DNA of 63,992 bases, filler included, from Octopus bimaculoides (taxonomy: Eukaryota): assembly GCF_001194135.2 (NCBI RefSeq). It is 6 parts of 6 records of this genome, joined end to end, with 100 filler letters (N's around TTAATTAATTAA, not from the genome) between each part and the next. Parts side by side here need not be neighbours in the genome. Positions count along the whole stretch, not along the records: positions 24,239 to 46,614 come from NC_068993.1; 5 more parts are not named here. One strand, written 5' to 3'. Positions 27,245 through 39,959 of this stretch are shown piece after piece. A program made the position numbers and the translations under genes. How positions within the stretch are numbered: position 1 is the stretch's first letter; each line of letters begins with the position of its first letter. The notes beneath the pieces were generated by a model that saw only the letters and a program-made list of their open reading frames with translations, was not told where the DNA came from and did not search any database.

Positions 27245-28428
27245 TTCGCTTAAAAATCGCAATTGTTTCCCGAGTTGCCTCTCGCTATTTTCGCAGTATT
27301 TTTCAATGTATCCTCATTAATTATTGTGATGTCACTACCTGTGTCCAACTGTAGTCCCGTATTCACATTATTTATTTTTACCGAGACAAATTTTCTCTTT
27401 TGTGCCTCGTTTTGCATTCGTGTTGACAATACATTTTTCTCGAATTTTTTTCACTCGACCTGTTTTGTTTCACCCAATGCGAGTTCTTGTGTCCAATTTT
27501 TCCACATCCAAAACATTTTAGATTCTTAAAAGTATAGTTTCTTTTGAAATGTATTTCTCCACATCCATAACACGGTTTGTGTTTTGACTGTTGTGTTTTT
27601 CTCTTTTCGTATCTTACCGGTCAACTCGTATGTATATTTGAATAATCTCTTTCAATTTTTTCTACGTCCTGTCGTAGATTTATAATTCTTTGGCATTCTC
27701 CAGCCACTATTTGTCGGGTTAGTTTTGAATCTTGTTCAAGCTTTCTCAATATTCGAACCCTTATCTCTGCATCTGTACTTGCTGTTAATCATTGTACGAA
27801 GATTAAGCATTTAAACATGCTCGGGCTTAACTTGTCGAGTTTAGATTTTTCACATTCTCTATTTACGATTCCGGCATACGTGACGAAATCTTCCGTTTCT
27901 TTTATTTTCAAATTCAAACACTCCCAGCAAATGTTAAATAGTGAACTTCTTTCACTGAATATTTTGTATAATAGCATAATTGTTTCCTCGAAACAAATTT
28001 CGGATGGTTCTCTCGGCAAGATGTAATTACAAAACTTTGCATGTTCTGCTGGTGATAATTTCCTTAAAAGAAGACGTACCTTCTTTTCGTCCGTCCAGTT
28101 TTTACACTCTTCCTTGAAAATTCATTCATACCTTCTGAAGTATGCAGAAAATGTAATCCTTTCTTCCGGATTATACGTGAATTCTTCAATTGAATTAGCA
28201 ACCGCGTCTGCTGTAAGCGAACCCGAAGTGTTTTTGACTGCAACAATAATTCCAACAACTGTTGACTTTTTGTTGTTGTTGTTAATGTTGTTGCTGTACC
28301 TGTTCTTGCTGTTTCTGTTGTTCATGTTGTTGCTCCTGTAGTTGCCGTTGCAACTGCTCTTGTTGTTGTTGCTATTGTTGTTGTAGTTGTCGTTGCAACT
28401 GAACCACGGAAGCAAATAGGTCTTCCAT
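27245..28428 (-). mobile_element. Ty3/Gypsy LTR retrotransposon gag-protease relic (pol absent)
   Basis: ATG at 28428 gives MEDLFASVVQLQRQ-polyQ..ANSIEEFTYNPEERITFSAYFRRYE*IF..KVRLLLRKL..SLFNICWECL..DFVTYAGIVNRECE..FKCLIFV..IRVRILRKLEQD. Zinc knuckles CYGCGEIH and CFGCGKIGH follow, then aspartic protease LQLDTGSDITIIN (~27328-27354). Several in-frame stops. Confidence 0.9.
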
Positions 28429-28458
28429 GCTAAGAACGTCCACTGTGAGCTTCGAATG

Positions 28459-28477
28459 TCTTGTCGCCACTGTTGTA
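28459..28477 (-). promoter_or_regulatory. LTR 3' end (..TACAACA) plus primer-binding site (G-TGGCGACAAGA)
   Basis: Minus strand reads tacaacagTGGCGACAAGA about 30 nt upstream of the gag ATG; it is near-complementary to the 3' end of tRNA-Ser(GCU) (..CUCGUCGCCA). Confidence 0.65.
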
Positions 28478-29111
28478 TTTCGTCGACACTGTTATGTCCT
28501 TCTTTGAGCTCACTGTATATCCCACTTTATATGAAGAACCATGACCTTAAAAATAGAAGTAGAAAAACAAAATGTGAAACGTTTTGTATAATGTTTGATT
28601 TAACATTTTTATCTCAATTTGCTTGTTTTATATTTCCCCTCTTGAAATGTAGTAGTTTACATTATTTACACCATAACTAAATTTCTTAAAAGTGGCTTAA
28701 CATTTAACTGACATATTAACCCTTCACGTAATTTTTAAATGGGATCAGCTAAATACAGCAGTGTGACAGGGCTGGAACTTTGAATTCCAAATGCAATCCA
28801 CCCAGTGTCGCTTAACACACTTTCCGTCCAACCAGTTCTACTCGCAAAGCTTGAGTTGATCCTATATAATGATGAAAAGAGATTTATTCACGATACTCTC
28901 CGGTGGGGCCGAACCTAGGACCTCATAACTGCGGTGCGATTATCTTTATGTCATTTTTCTGTCTCCTTTCTTAATATTTCTTAATTCCAGTCCCTGTGCT
29001 TCTTCTCTCTATTCATCTCTACTATCATACACAGATACACAAACGCACATGCATGCACACATATACACACATATATACACATACATATAACAGCATGTAC
29101 ACACACAGATA

Positions 29112-29378
29112 AACACACTCTTCAATGCTATCGTTGTCTTCCTCTGTATTTCTTCGTCTCAGTAATTTTATTTCTTCAATATTCTCAACCGATAAAATAT
29201 TGGTAATAAATAACTTTCTGAATATTCTAGAATTTATCATTCCATGTCCAGACCGTTTCCATCATCTTCAAAGCTTCGATTTTCAAAGACCATTCCACTG
29301 TATCCTATGTTATTCTCTACTGGCTCCATGTGGACAGCAGCACCATTTAAATACAGAAACACTTCTTAGATTTGTTGT
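29112..29378. repeat. Direct duplication, copy 1 (partner 31295-31552)
   Basis: Roughly 80% identical by eye to 31295-31552 (e.g. caaccgataaaatattggtaataaataactttctgaatattctagaattt shared exactly). Confidence 0.85.
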
Positions 29379-29723
29379 TCCAAATTTTTATAAATTTTAA
29401 TAAACCAAAATCATGTAGCTTAATATTTTCCGTTTGTAATCACACAATACCAGGTTCAGTCCCACTGCACAGCATTCTCAGAAAATGTCCAAATATCCCT
29501 TTTAACTCTTTAGCTGTCCTAAATAATGGATTCATTGGCAGCGTCCGAAGACAGTTAAATAATTTGTGTTTGCATTTATCTCCAAAAATAGATATACACA
29601 CGCACACAGACACATGCACATATACACGCTTATATGTATATGTGTGTTATTATACGTGTATACATTTGTGCATTTGTATGCATATGTATGCATATTTATG
29701 CAGGTGCGTGATTTTATCATATG

Positions 29724-29967
29724 TATAGGGTGTTCAGAAAGACTCTCCGCAGTAAGTATTTTATTACAAAATAAATATTTATAAGATGGTATAAGACTAC
29801 AAAAGAATATATTAGACTTTACAAGACTTTTAAAAAAAACTTTATAAGATGTGTTGAAAGTGTCGTCCTTCATTTTCAATACGTAAGTTGACTCTTCTAC
29901 GGATGTTTTGAAATGCATCTTGGATGAAAAAAAGTTCACTGCGGATAGACTTTTTGAACACCCTATA
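29724..29967 (-). mobile_element. Tc1/mariner-superfamily MITE (internally deleted element)
   Basis: 30-nt inverted termini including TA (29724-29753 and 29938-29967; 27/30 identical). The interior encodes a transposase-like C-terminus AFQNIRRRVNLRIENEGRHFQHIL*. Confidence 0.85.
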
Positions 29968-30322
29968 TATAGAGTCTGAAAGATTGCTTTGAGATACATG
30001 CCGTATTTCATAAAGATGCCTGTTCAAGTATCATAAGAGCATGGAACTATTAGTAGCTCTTTCGGTTGTGTATTTAATTTTATTTATGTGTGTGTGTTGT
30101 GTGTTTGGGTGTTTGTGTGTATGTATTCACCTTTATGCATGTCAAGATAAGCTTGGCATCTTTTATCTACCCTTCTACTTCTAAATTCCTCTGCATATTC
30201 AAGCTTTAAATCACTCTATCCACCACTACTACACACACTTTAATCTTCTTTGTTTTCAGTATTAAATCCATCCCTACTCTATACACATCTCATCCTCAAT
30301 TCAAAGAATGTCTTCTATCATT

Positions 30323-30537
30323 AAAGCGGAGAGCTGGCAGAATCGTTACCGCGCCGGCGAAGTACTTAGTGGCATTTCGTCTGTCTTTCCGTTCTGAGTT
30401 CAAATTTAGCCGCGGCCAGCTATGCCTTTCCCTTTCGCAGTCGATGAAATAAGTACCAGTTGAACACTGGGGTTGATGTAATCGGCTTGCCCTATCCTTC
30501 AAAGTTACTGGCCTTGTACCAAAATTTGAAATCAATG
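30323..30537 (+). mobile_element. tRNA-derived SINE (family A)
   Basis: gagctggcagaatcgtta head, gagttcaaatt B-box, and body as at 57424. Confidence 0.85.
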
Positions 30538-30611
30538 TCCTCTATCACTATTACTATAATCCTTCATACATTCATATACCTATGTGTGTGTATGTGTGTT
30601 TGTGTGTGTGT

Positions 30612-30642
<31 letters not shown>

Positions 30643-31051
30643 NNNNNNNNNNNNNNNNNNNNNNNNNNNNNNNNNNNNNNNNNNNNNNNNNNNNNNNNNN
30701 NNNNNNNNNNNNNNNNNNNNNNNNNNNNNNNNNNNNNNNNNNNNNNNNNNNNNNNNNNNNNNNNNNNNNNNNNNNNNNNNNNNNNNNNNNNNNNNNNNNN
30801 NNNNNNNNNNNNNNNNNNNNNNNNNNNNNNNNNNNNNNNNNNNNNNNNNNNNNNNNNNNNNNNNNNNNNNNNNNNNNNNNNNNNNNNNNNNNNNNNNNNN
30901 NNNNNNNNNNNNNNNNNNNNNNNNNNNNNNNNNNNNNNNNNNNNNNNNNNNNNNNNNNNNNNNNNNNNNNNNNNNNNNNNNNNNNNNNNNNNNNNNNNNN
31001 NNNTATCTCTCTCTCTCTCTCTCTCTCTCTCTAACTCTCTCTATCTCTCTA

Positions 31052-31088
<37 letters not shown>

Positions 31089-31294
31089 CTCTCTCTCTAC
31101 TTCTCATTCTTTATTTTTCCTCTCTCTTTCCCTCTCTCTTGCTCTGTCTAATTCTTTCATTGTCATAAACACACGCGCGCGTGCACACAAACATATGTAC
31201 ATACACATACGCATACATACATACATAATACATACATATATACATGCATGCATGCACACACATACACACATAAATATACACACAAACACACGCA

Positions 31295-31552
31295 AACACA
31301 CTCTTTAATGTTATCGTTGCATTTCTTCGTCTTCGTAAGTTTATTTCGTCAATATTCCCAACCGATAAAATATTGGTAATAAATAACTTTCTGAATATTC
31401 TAGAATTTTTCAGCCCATGCCTAGACTGATTCCATCATCTTCAAAGCTTCAATGATCAAAGACCATTCTTCTGTATCCTTTGTTAATCTCTCCAGATTCC
31501 ACGTGAACAACTGCACCACTAAATAAAGAATTTTTAGATTTGTTTATATTGC
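31295..31552. repeat. Direct duplication, copy 2 (partner 29112-29378)
   Basis: Shares caaccgataaaatattggtaataaataactttctgaatattctagaattt with copy 1. Both copies are preceded by CA-rich microsatellite and followed by an old SINE-like remnant. Confidence 0.85.
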
Positions 31553-31581
31553 TGTTTCGAATTCCTGTAAAAGTAATGCCA

Positions 31582-31742
31582 AAATGGCTGTCTGGTTAAG
31601 ACGTTCGTTTTGCAAGTTCTGCGTTTCCAGGTTTGATCTCATTGCTTGACACTTTGAAAGTATAAATTCTACCATAGCCATGGCTTGACTACAAGATTTG
31701 GTAGTGAAATTGACTAGACGAAAATTCTATGGAGATCTGTCG
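31582..31742 (+). mobile_element. Old degenerate SINE (family B-like) 5' half
   Basis: tggctgtctggttaag..caggtttgatctc..ctaccatagcc..gactagacgaaa aligns loosely with the family B head. Confidence 0.45.
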
Positions 31743-33054
31743 GATGGAGGTGACTGTTTTGAAGGCAAGTGGTAGTCCTTGTTGTCATATATAGAGTGGA
31801 GGAGGAGGTATTAGACCAAGTGGAAATCTTCGGAGTCATGTATGTGTCCATTAGTTTGGATCAATTAGACCAGATTTCAAATCGAGGATATTTCTTCCCT
31901 GTATACCACACCCCACAAAGTCTGAAGCTCTGGCGAAGGCTATGAGAACTGTCCTTCTTCCCACCCTCTACTAAACTCTTACAAAAATGCTCTGAGCGAA
32001 CACAGTCGACAGCCTGGTTTAGCTTCCCGGGAAAAACGTGAACATAACTATCATTGCTTCCGATCAGTGAACTTTAATAGATCTCTTTTATTGCAATTTC
32101 TTATTAGTTTAATGCCAACAGTGGATGCTACGAGTCAGCGATTCCAGATTTATTTCCAGATTACAGAATTGTAACAATTGCTATTCTCTAAAATGGGTAG
32201 TCATTCATTGATATTTCCTCTGATTACACTATATAACAATTTTTCCCTTTTCTTTTTTGTTTTTGATCAGTAGGTTATATTTCCTATTTGTTTCTCTCTA
32301 GAAGTCAAAGGAAATCACTACTATTCCCTTCAAACTTTGCGTTTTTGACCTGGACATCAATGTTTTGAAACTGGCCTATTTTCCATTGCATTCAGCGCTA
32401 AGTTGCTGAAACAAAAATATCGTTATAGCAAATATTCTTCTCAATACCACAGATTTACTTGTCAGTTGCTTGACCTTAACCACTTGAGTATGTCCGGATT
32501 CTTTAGGGTCTGACTAAATGTAACAAAAGTGAAGTTTCAAGGAAATATTAGCCATTTTACATATTTTCTAGGGATAAGCAAATAAAGAATAAAAGTTGCT
32601 ATCTAAAGACAAAAATCGTGTTCCACAGTGTTATGAGAACATAAACAAATGTAAAAGTATATGACAAGACGTATCAAAATGTATTCCATTTTAAACATTA
32701 GTTCTACAATCGTCCTGTTACACTTACAGCCTCGCCGATTCTGTAAATTGTCCGACTTGGCTGTGTTTTATGGAGACGAGACATTTGGAATCGATAACTC
32801 TTCAATTTATGCACATAATACTTTATTGAGAAATTCCTGATGACGATCTATCGAATCAATAGATATAATGTTTACATGTAGCAAACACACAGGTGCGGTT
32901 TGAGATCTGGTGATAAGCCGAGTTGTGGCTATTCCTCCTATCTATTCTCAACCAGGCTTGGAAACCCTTTACAAAGATTACGGCCGCTGCCTTCAGTCTT
33001 ATACTTAAACTGTTAACATGTCTCTGAATGGTTCATTTCAAATAGAATTGATAC

Positions 33055-33260
33055 AAATGTACAACTAGTACACCTGCACAATAACTGTACCAGTTGTACA
33101 CTTGTGCAAGTTACACGAGTTGTACAGTTGTACCAGCACTACCAGTTTTACCAGTTGTACAGTCATACCAGTTGTACAATTATACCAGTTGTTCAGTTGT
33201 ACCAGTTGTATCAGATGTACAATTGTACCAGTTGTACAATAGTGATACTTGTACAGATAT
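33055..33260. repeat. Degenerate 9-bp-based minisatellite (TACCAGTTG / TGTACAATT variants)
   Basis: Repeated tgtaccagt / tgtacag / tgtacaat units; explains the ORFs at 33094-33307. Confidence 0.85.
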
Positions 33261-33612
33261 ACAGATATTCCTCTGATAAGCTGTGCCAGTTTATCATGAG
33301 ACTTTAGATATGATACTCCAAGACTTGATTTTGAAAAACAAAATTAGTTGTGGTTGAGATGTCATTTGATCATAGAACTACTTAGTCAGAGCACATTATC
33401 CCATAAGTTCTCAGTATTGATCAGTCTGTTTTACGGAATTTATCAGTTTAGTTTTACAAGTTCAGAATATTGCGATGTAGTACATTTCAACCAATAAATT
33501 TATCAGTTAATGACTGCGGCAGAAACTCTGAGTAGACATCAGTTTCTAGAAATTAATATTTTACGTCATCACAACTAAATCTAAATGATTACCCTGCATG
33601 TTAGTGTGTGTA

Positions 33613-33650
<38 letters not shown>

Positions 33651-33961
33651 NNNNNNNNNNNNNNNNNNNNNNNNNNNNNNNNNNNNNNNNNNNNNNNNNN
33701 NNNNNNNNNNNNNNNNNNNNNNNNNNNNNNNNNNNNNNNNNNNNNNNNNNNNNNNNNNNNNNNNNNNNNNNNNNNNNNNNNNNNNNNNNNNNNNNNNNNN
33801 NNNNNNNNNNNNNNNNNNNNNNNNNNNNNNNNNNNNNNNNNNNNNNNNNNNNNNNNNNNNNNNNNNNNNNNNNNNNNNNNNNNNNNNNNNNNNNNNNNNN
33901 NNNNNNNNNNNNNNNNNNNNNNNNNNNNNNNNNNNNNNNNNNNNNNNNNNNNNNNNNNNNN

Positions 33962-34003
<42 letters not shown>

Positions 34004-34005
<2 letters not shown>

Positions 34006-34260
34006 GCAATTTACTTTATGCCATAAGGTGTGAAGGGTGCCACAAAGATTACATAGGGCAAGCGAGCCCTACCCTCAGAGAAAGGATGACAGTCCACCGC
34101 CAACAATTAAGGGATCCCACCACAAGACAGATACCACTTAGTGGGCACTTAGATCTCTGTTCACAAAATAAGTCCCCCAAATTCCTAGTTTTCCACTATA
34201 CCAATGCCCGGACAACACCACTGACCAAACACGAATAAATAGGGAAAATAAACTTATTCA
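34004..34260 (+). mobile_element. Penelope-like element GIY-YIG endonuclease fragment
   Basis: NLLYAIRCEGCHKDYIGQASPTLRERMTVHRQQLRDPTTRQIPLSGHLDLC, same type as 24704-24961 and 63540-63790. Confidence 0.9.
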
Positions 34261-34299
34261 AAAATACAGACCACAACTCAACATGCTCTAACATACCCC

Positions 34300-35682
34300 A
34301 CCCCAGGTACATACCCAAAACAAACACAGAGATGTACAAAATCACACACACACAAATAAGATGCAAACCTCCGACGCAAGCACACACAGATACATATATA
34401 CACACACACAATCACAATATCCCCACACTGGTGCACAAACTCGCACACATTCCAAGAAAAAAACACATGCATATATACACTTGCAATACGATTCTAGCAA
34501 CCATAACCAACACTCACACACACATACACACATGCGTAAACACGTACATGCACACACCTACATACCACAATTACAAATCACATTCACACACACACATATA
34601 TGCACACATATAAACACACACACACAAACATAATACGCCCGATCCCCAGTAAAAAAATCACATATACACACACACTCAAAAGAAAAGCACACACACATAC
34701 ACACACACAATACAATCCCAACAATCAACACAAGCACTCACAAACACACATACACACACATGCACACACATACACACCACCCGAATAAACCCAACACACA
34801 CGGACACATACAGAACCCCTGATAAATACAACATACACACTCACACATACCCACACACACATGCATATACACCCTCACACACACAGTTGCTTACTCACAC
34901 ACACGCACCACAATGACAATTCAAACAACACATACTCAGACAGAGATACACACATACACACTCTCACGTACACACACATAGCATCCCCACCAACACAAAA
35001 CACACAAACATACATACGCGCACACACAGACGGACACAAACATATGCACCCTCACACACACATACGGTTGCTCACACACACGCACACACACCACAATGAC
35101 AATTAAAACAACACATACATACATACTCAGAGACACATACACACACACACACACACTCACATACCCACACACACACCCGTACTCACACATAACATCCCCA
35201 CCAACACAAAACACACAAACATACATACACACACACCCACAGACGCACACACATACACGTGAACAAACACATACACACGCACACACAAACGCACATATAC
35301 ATATGCACCCTCACACATACATACGGTTGCTCACACACACCATAAGGACAATTAAAACAACACATACATGCTCAACAGAGACACACACACACTCTCACGT
35401 ACACACACACACCCGTACTCACACATAACATCCCCACCAACACAAAGCACACAAACATACATACACACGCATACACACACGTGAACAAACACATACACGC
35501 ACATGCGCACGCACGAGACCCTAACAAATATTAATCACACACATACACACACACAAACGTGCGCACATATACACACACCCTCCTACCAAATATAAAACAC
35601 ACACAAACCCATATACACACGCCACAATAAACTCAGGGACCAATCAAAAACGGCCCCCACAGACAGACACAAACACATGTAT

Positions 35683-35717
<35 letters not shown>

Positions 35718-35720
35718 GAC
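34300..35720. repeat. CA-rich low-complexity array with higher-order ~200-250-bp repeats
   Basis: catccccaccaacacaaa(a/g)cacacaaacatacatac recurs at ~34982, ~35193 and ~35430; atgcaccctcacac and cacaatgacaatt also recur. Confidence 0.8.
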
Positions 35721-36290
35721 GTGCACAGAGACATTCTGACCTCTAAGACCAGTCCCCAAAACCACTGAACCATGACTGACTAGCCCAGAAAGAAAAAAAC
35801 ATCCTTTTAATTCTACATTGCTCTTCCTTCCCCCACCCCAACCCGTCTCCCACACTGTCCCTTAAAATAGCAAACATTCCCTAGCTACACACAAGAGAAA
35901 AAACATGTTAAAAAGATGGGTCAGTTTCTCTCCAATTTTTTGTAAATTCTTAAATATATCTCCTTCTGGGTATATATATACTACCAAACACTTTTTGTTG
36001 AATACTCTCTTTTAAACTGTTTTAACATATTCTTATTATTATCAAAGAATGTATATATGTATCTTAATACTTAATCTGTTTTTAACATTTTCTTATTATT
36101 AGAGAATGTATATATGTATTTCAATACTTTTGTGACAACCAGTACTTAACACAACAAAGCTTATACAAAGCTTTACATTTTACTTTTGAAAAAAGTGAAA
36201 CCGGTCAAGTGAATAAACATCTTTAAAATTGCATTTTCAAACCTTCTTTCATATACATATACATATATATGTATATACACGCACATACAC

Positions 36291-36291
<1 letters not shown>

Positions 36292-36373
<82 letters not shown>
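36292..36373. repeat. (GATA)n microsatellite
   Basis: Perfect tetranucleotide run. Confidence 0.98.
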
Positions 36374-36374
<1 letters not shown>

Positions 36375-36938
36375 ATTCTTCTTACCTTTTTTGGAGTGAC
36401 GAACTTTAAGCACTCAACACAGGGAAATGTCTAAATAATTTTTAAATGAAATTATTGTTACCTTTCTTTACAACTGTGCGTGTGTGTGCATTATGTCGGG
36501 ATAGATAGATACATACATACATACATAAATACATGTATGCGTGGATGCATACATTTCTTCCATGAGTTATTTCTTCATTGATTATGTCTTGTATTTGCAG
36601 TTTATATTGAAAAGCTACATTCATTCCCAGCCGTTTCGTTTCTTAATTTTCCGGTATCATTTTTATATGTATTGTTTTTATTTGCAGTTTTAGTCGGCTT
36701 TTGCACGATGTTCATGTCTACTTGCCTATATTCTGGCAGGCTTGTAGTATTAACATCACTGTATTAAACGACTTTATTCGGAAGGGATCGAAATTATCAT
36801 GACATCCTGTTTATTTCTCGTGACTGGAATCAATGCGTTTACGGTTGTTTGTTTCGCGTTTTCGGTTTTTTTGCGTAGTTTTATTTCATACCTTTCCGAT
36901 ACACTTACGTATATCCATACACACACCTACACACACAA

Positions 36939-36994
<56 letters not shown>

Positions 36995-37028
36995 ATACGC
37001 GCGTGCATATATTTTCGTATGTATGTTT

Positions 37029-37083
<55 letters not shown>

Positions 37084-38249
37084 TGGAAGGCTACACACTT
37101 TTTTCCTATAGAAATTACAAGGAAATTCAATAAGCTGAAAATCGCTGTATACCTGATTATTAGCAACCAGAGTTGCTATGAATGCAAATTAAAATGCAAA
37201 TTGAGGGAGTGGAATGGGTAAAATCCATTAGCTAACTGATCCACTGATATAAAAATTACTAAAGAAGGAGTACTCAACTTAGCTAATCATCAGGCTGAGA
37301 ATATCTTAATTACATGAAAGTTGCATTGTCGGTTGGAATTTCCAAGTTAACTCACTGCAGTTGTGAGTTGAAATGCATGGTGAAGCCAGAACAGAATTAA
37401 AACACAAATGTTGGAAGGAATAAAACGGTCAAGAAATTTTTTTTAAAGTGAAGGATGAAACCAAATATGTGAGAGTAAGAGCCGTATACGGTTGTTAGGA
37501 GTGAAGAGATGAAGATAGAGGGTTAGAAAGAAGTAAATAGTTGCTGTTAAATGGAAAGAATGGTTGTTATGAATATTTAATTAGCTGAAATGGATAGACA
37601 GATACTAGCTGACTCCGAGGAATTTATTTCTTAGCGGATAGTTGGCGATGGCACTGTTTTTTATTGGTCTACATCACTATAGACATACACATCCACGCAC
37701 TCTCGCACACACACGTTACACACACTTCACACTCGTAGTGTCAACATAACTATATAGGCGCACGTATACGTGCGTTCGTGCATGGGCGCACCCACGCAAA
37801 CAAATGTTTATATGCCGTGACTGACACTCCTATGTATGTAAGTATATACACACATATGCCTTAGTGCCCATGGGTGCACGCGAGCATCTATAGGCATAAG
37901 ACTCACCCGCATATACACACGCTTATATATATATATATATATATATATATNNNNNNNNNNNNNNNNNNNNNNNNNNNNNNNNNNNNNNNNNNNNNNNNNN
38001 NNNNNNNNNNNNNNNNNNNNNNNNNNNNNNNNNNNNNNNNNNNNNNNNNNNNNNNNNNNNNNNNNNNNNNNNNNNNNNNNNNNNNNNNNNNNNNNNNNNN
38101 NNNNNNNNNNNNNNNNNNNNNNNCGAGGTGATCTAGAGGAACGTGAATGTAACAAAATATAAAGGGAGAAAGAAGATAAAAGGGAAAAGAAAAGGAGGAA
38201 ATCAATGTAGGGGGGTTGTAGAAGGATTAGCAAGGATATTGGGCTGAGA

Positions 38250-38790
38250 CTCTAGCGTTTGTATCTTAAAAATGTGTTGCATAAATTATGTCTGCAGTTA
38301 AGAATACAGTCACTTCGTTCGTTTATCCAGTCATTGCAGTGCATGATAGATAAGATTTTTGCAATGCCGAGACTGCATTTGCTGTTATAACGGCTATACG
38401 GTTTACCATATGCATCAGTTGACCATTTCATATTGTATAAAACTGAGTTATGAGTGAGAAAAATCGAAAGAATGGGAAAAGTTAGTGGGAAAGAAGATCT
38501 AGGGGTCAAGTGAGAATGCGGCCCTATATGGATGGTAGGAAAGAAGGAGGAAGTGGGATGGGGTATACAAGTATAGGAGGGTATCCGTGTATAGAGATGA
38601 CCACAGGGGCCTTGTGATCCTTGTGCGTGTTAGTATGGGTTGGTGTTTTTTTGTTGGTTGTGTGGAGGTATGAAAGTGTAGTGCCTGGTGTAGTGTTGGG
38701 GATGATGGGTAAGAGTAATTGCTTTGTGCGTGAGATGAACGTCTATAGAAGAAACAGTTGCATAACTTATAGTTTTTAAAATATTGTGTG
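38250..38790 (-). mobile_element. Penelope-like element linker/GIY-YIG C-terminal relic (type 2)
   Basis: Minus strand NMKWSTDAYGKPYSRYNSKCSLGIAKILSIM..INERSDCILNCRH resembles the PLE W..I..AKPY..C.LC..EK..N.RSE..CRH terminus; upstream FYRR..SYPSSPTL resembles FNR..SYSC.PN. Confidence 0.6.
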
Positions 38791-39731
38791 TGGCTAGAGA
38801 GCATCTTTCTACTGTGGTGTGATGCTGGTTGTTTGCTTATGTTATACACACACACACATATATATATGTATAAATTCTGTACGACTCTTACTCTTTCCTT
38901 TAGCCCCTTTCAAACTTTCTTCGTTCCTTCCACTTTTCTTTTTTTCTCGCCCCCCCCCCTATCTCACATTTCTTGACATTCCCTTCTTTCTCATCACTTT
39001 CCCTCCTCCTTTAACTCACTCTGTCCCTTTCCTTTTTTTCTCTCTTTCTCGTCCCTCTCTAATTCTTCAATCCCTCTACTTACTACCTCTCTCCCCTCCT
39101 TCCACGTGACCGATGTTCGGCCAAGCCTGACCTTTCTTTCTTGGTTCGACTACCATCCGTGTAACATCTCTTGTATTCCGTCCCATGACGCCAGCTTAAT
39201 TTAATTCGTCCTTAGTCGAAAGACACCTGTTGTTAATGTCCTGTTATTTGTATTTGAAATTGTGTACCATTTCTCCGTTTGTTTCGTCCTTCTTTCGTCC
39301 TTGATGTAGCTGTTGATAATTAGTGATAATGGACTTTAGGAAATAATTAAACTAAATATAATTATCTTTACTAGTGACAGTTTACTGTAGAATATAAAGT
39401 TCAAGACAGAGTTCAGATGAGATTGGCAATGAACCAACACTAGAGAAAGTAAATGTGTGCGTTTAGATGTCTGTGTGTCTGGGTGACTGTATGCTTAGCT
39501 GGTTATGAGGAGGCAACTGTGTGTATGTGTGACTTCATGTACGTTAGGGTTTGAATGTAGAAATTTCAGTTTAGGAATGGTTCATTTGGTGATAATGGAA
39601 TATGCAGGAAATTTGAAATTAAAGATGTATACTATGGCAAGGATGTCAATAAATGTTATTGTGGCGTAGGATCTAAGATTAGAGTTTAAACGTCACATAC
39701 ACACATATATATAAATATACATATATATATA

Positions 39732-39897
39732 TACGACGGGCTTCTTTCAGTTTCCGTCTACCAAATCCACTGACAAGGATTTGGTCGACCCGAGGCTATA
39801 GTAGAAGACATTTGCCCAAGGTGCCACGCAGTAGGGCTGAACCCGAAACCACGCGGTTCGTAAGCAAGCTACTTACCACACAGCCACTACTACGCCT
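39732..39897 (-). mobile_element. tRNA-derived SINE (family B), 5' half
   Basis: Reverse complement aggcgtagtagtggctgtgtggtaagtagcttgc..gggttcagccctactgcgtggcaccttgggc..gaagcccgtcgta. Confidence 0.9.
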
Positions 39898-39959
39898 ATA
39901 GATAAGAGCAAGGAAAATAGATAACAACAAATCTATAATTAATAATAGCACAGATATAT

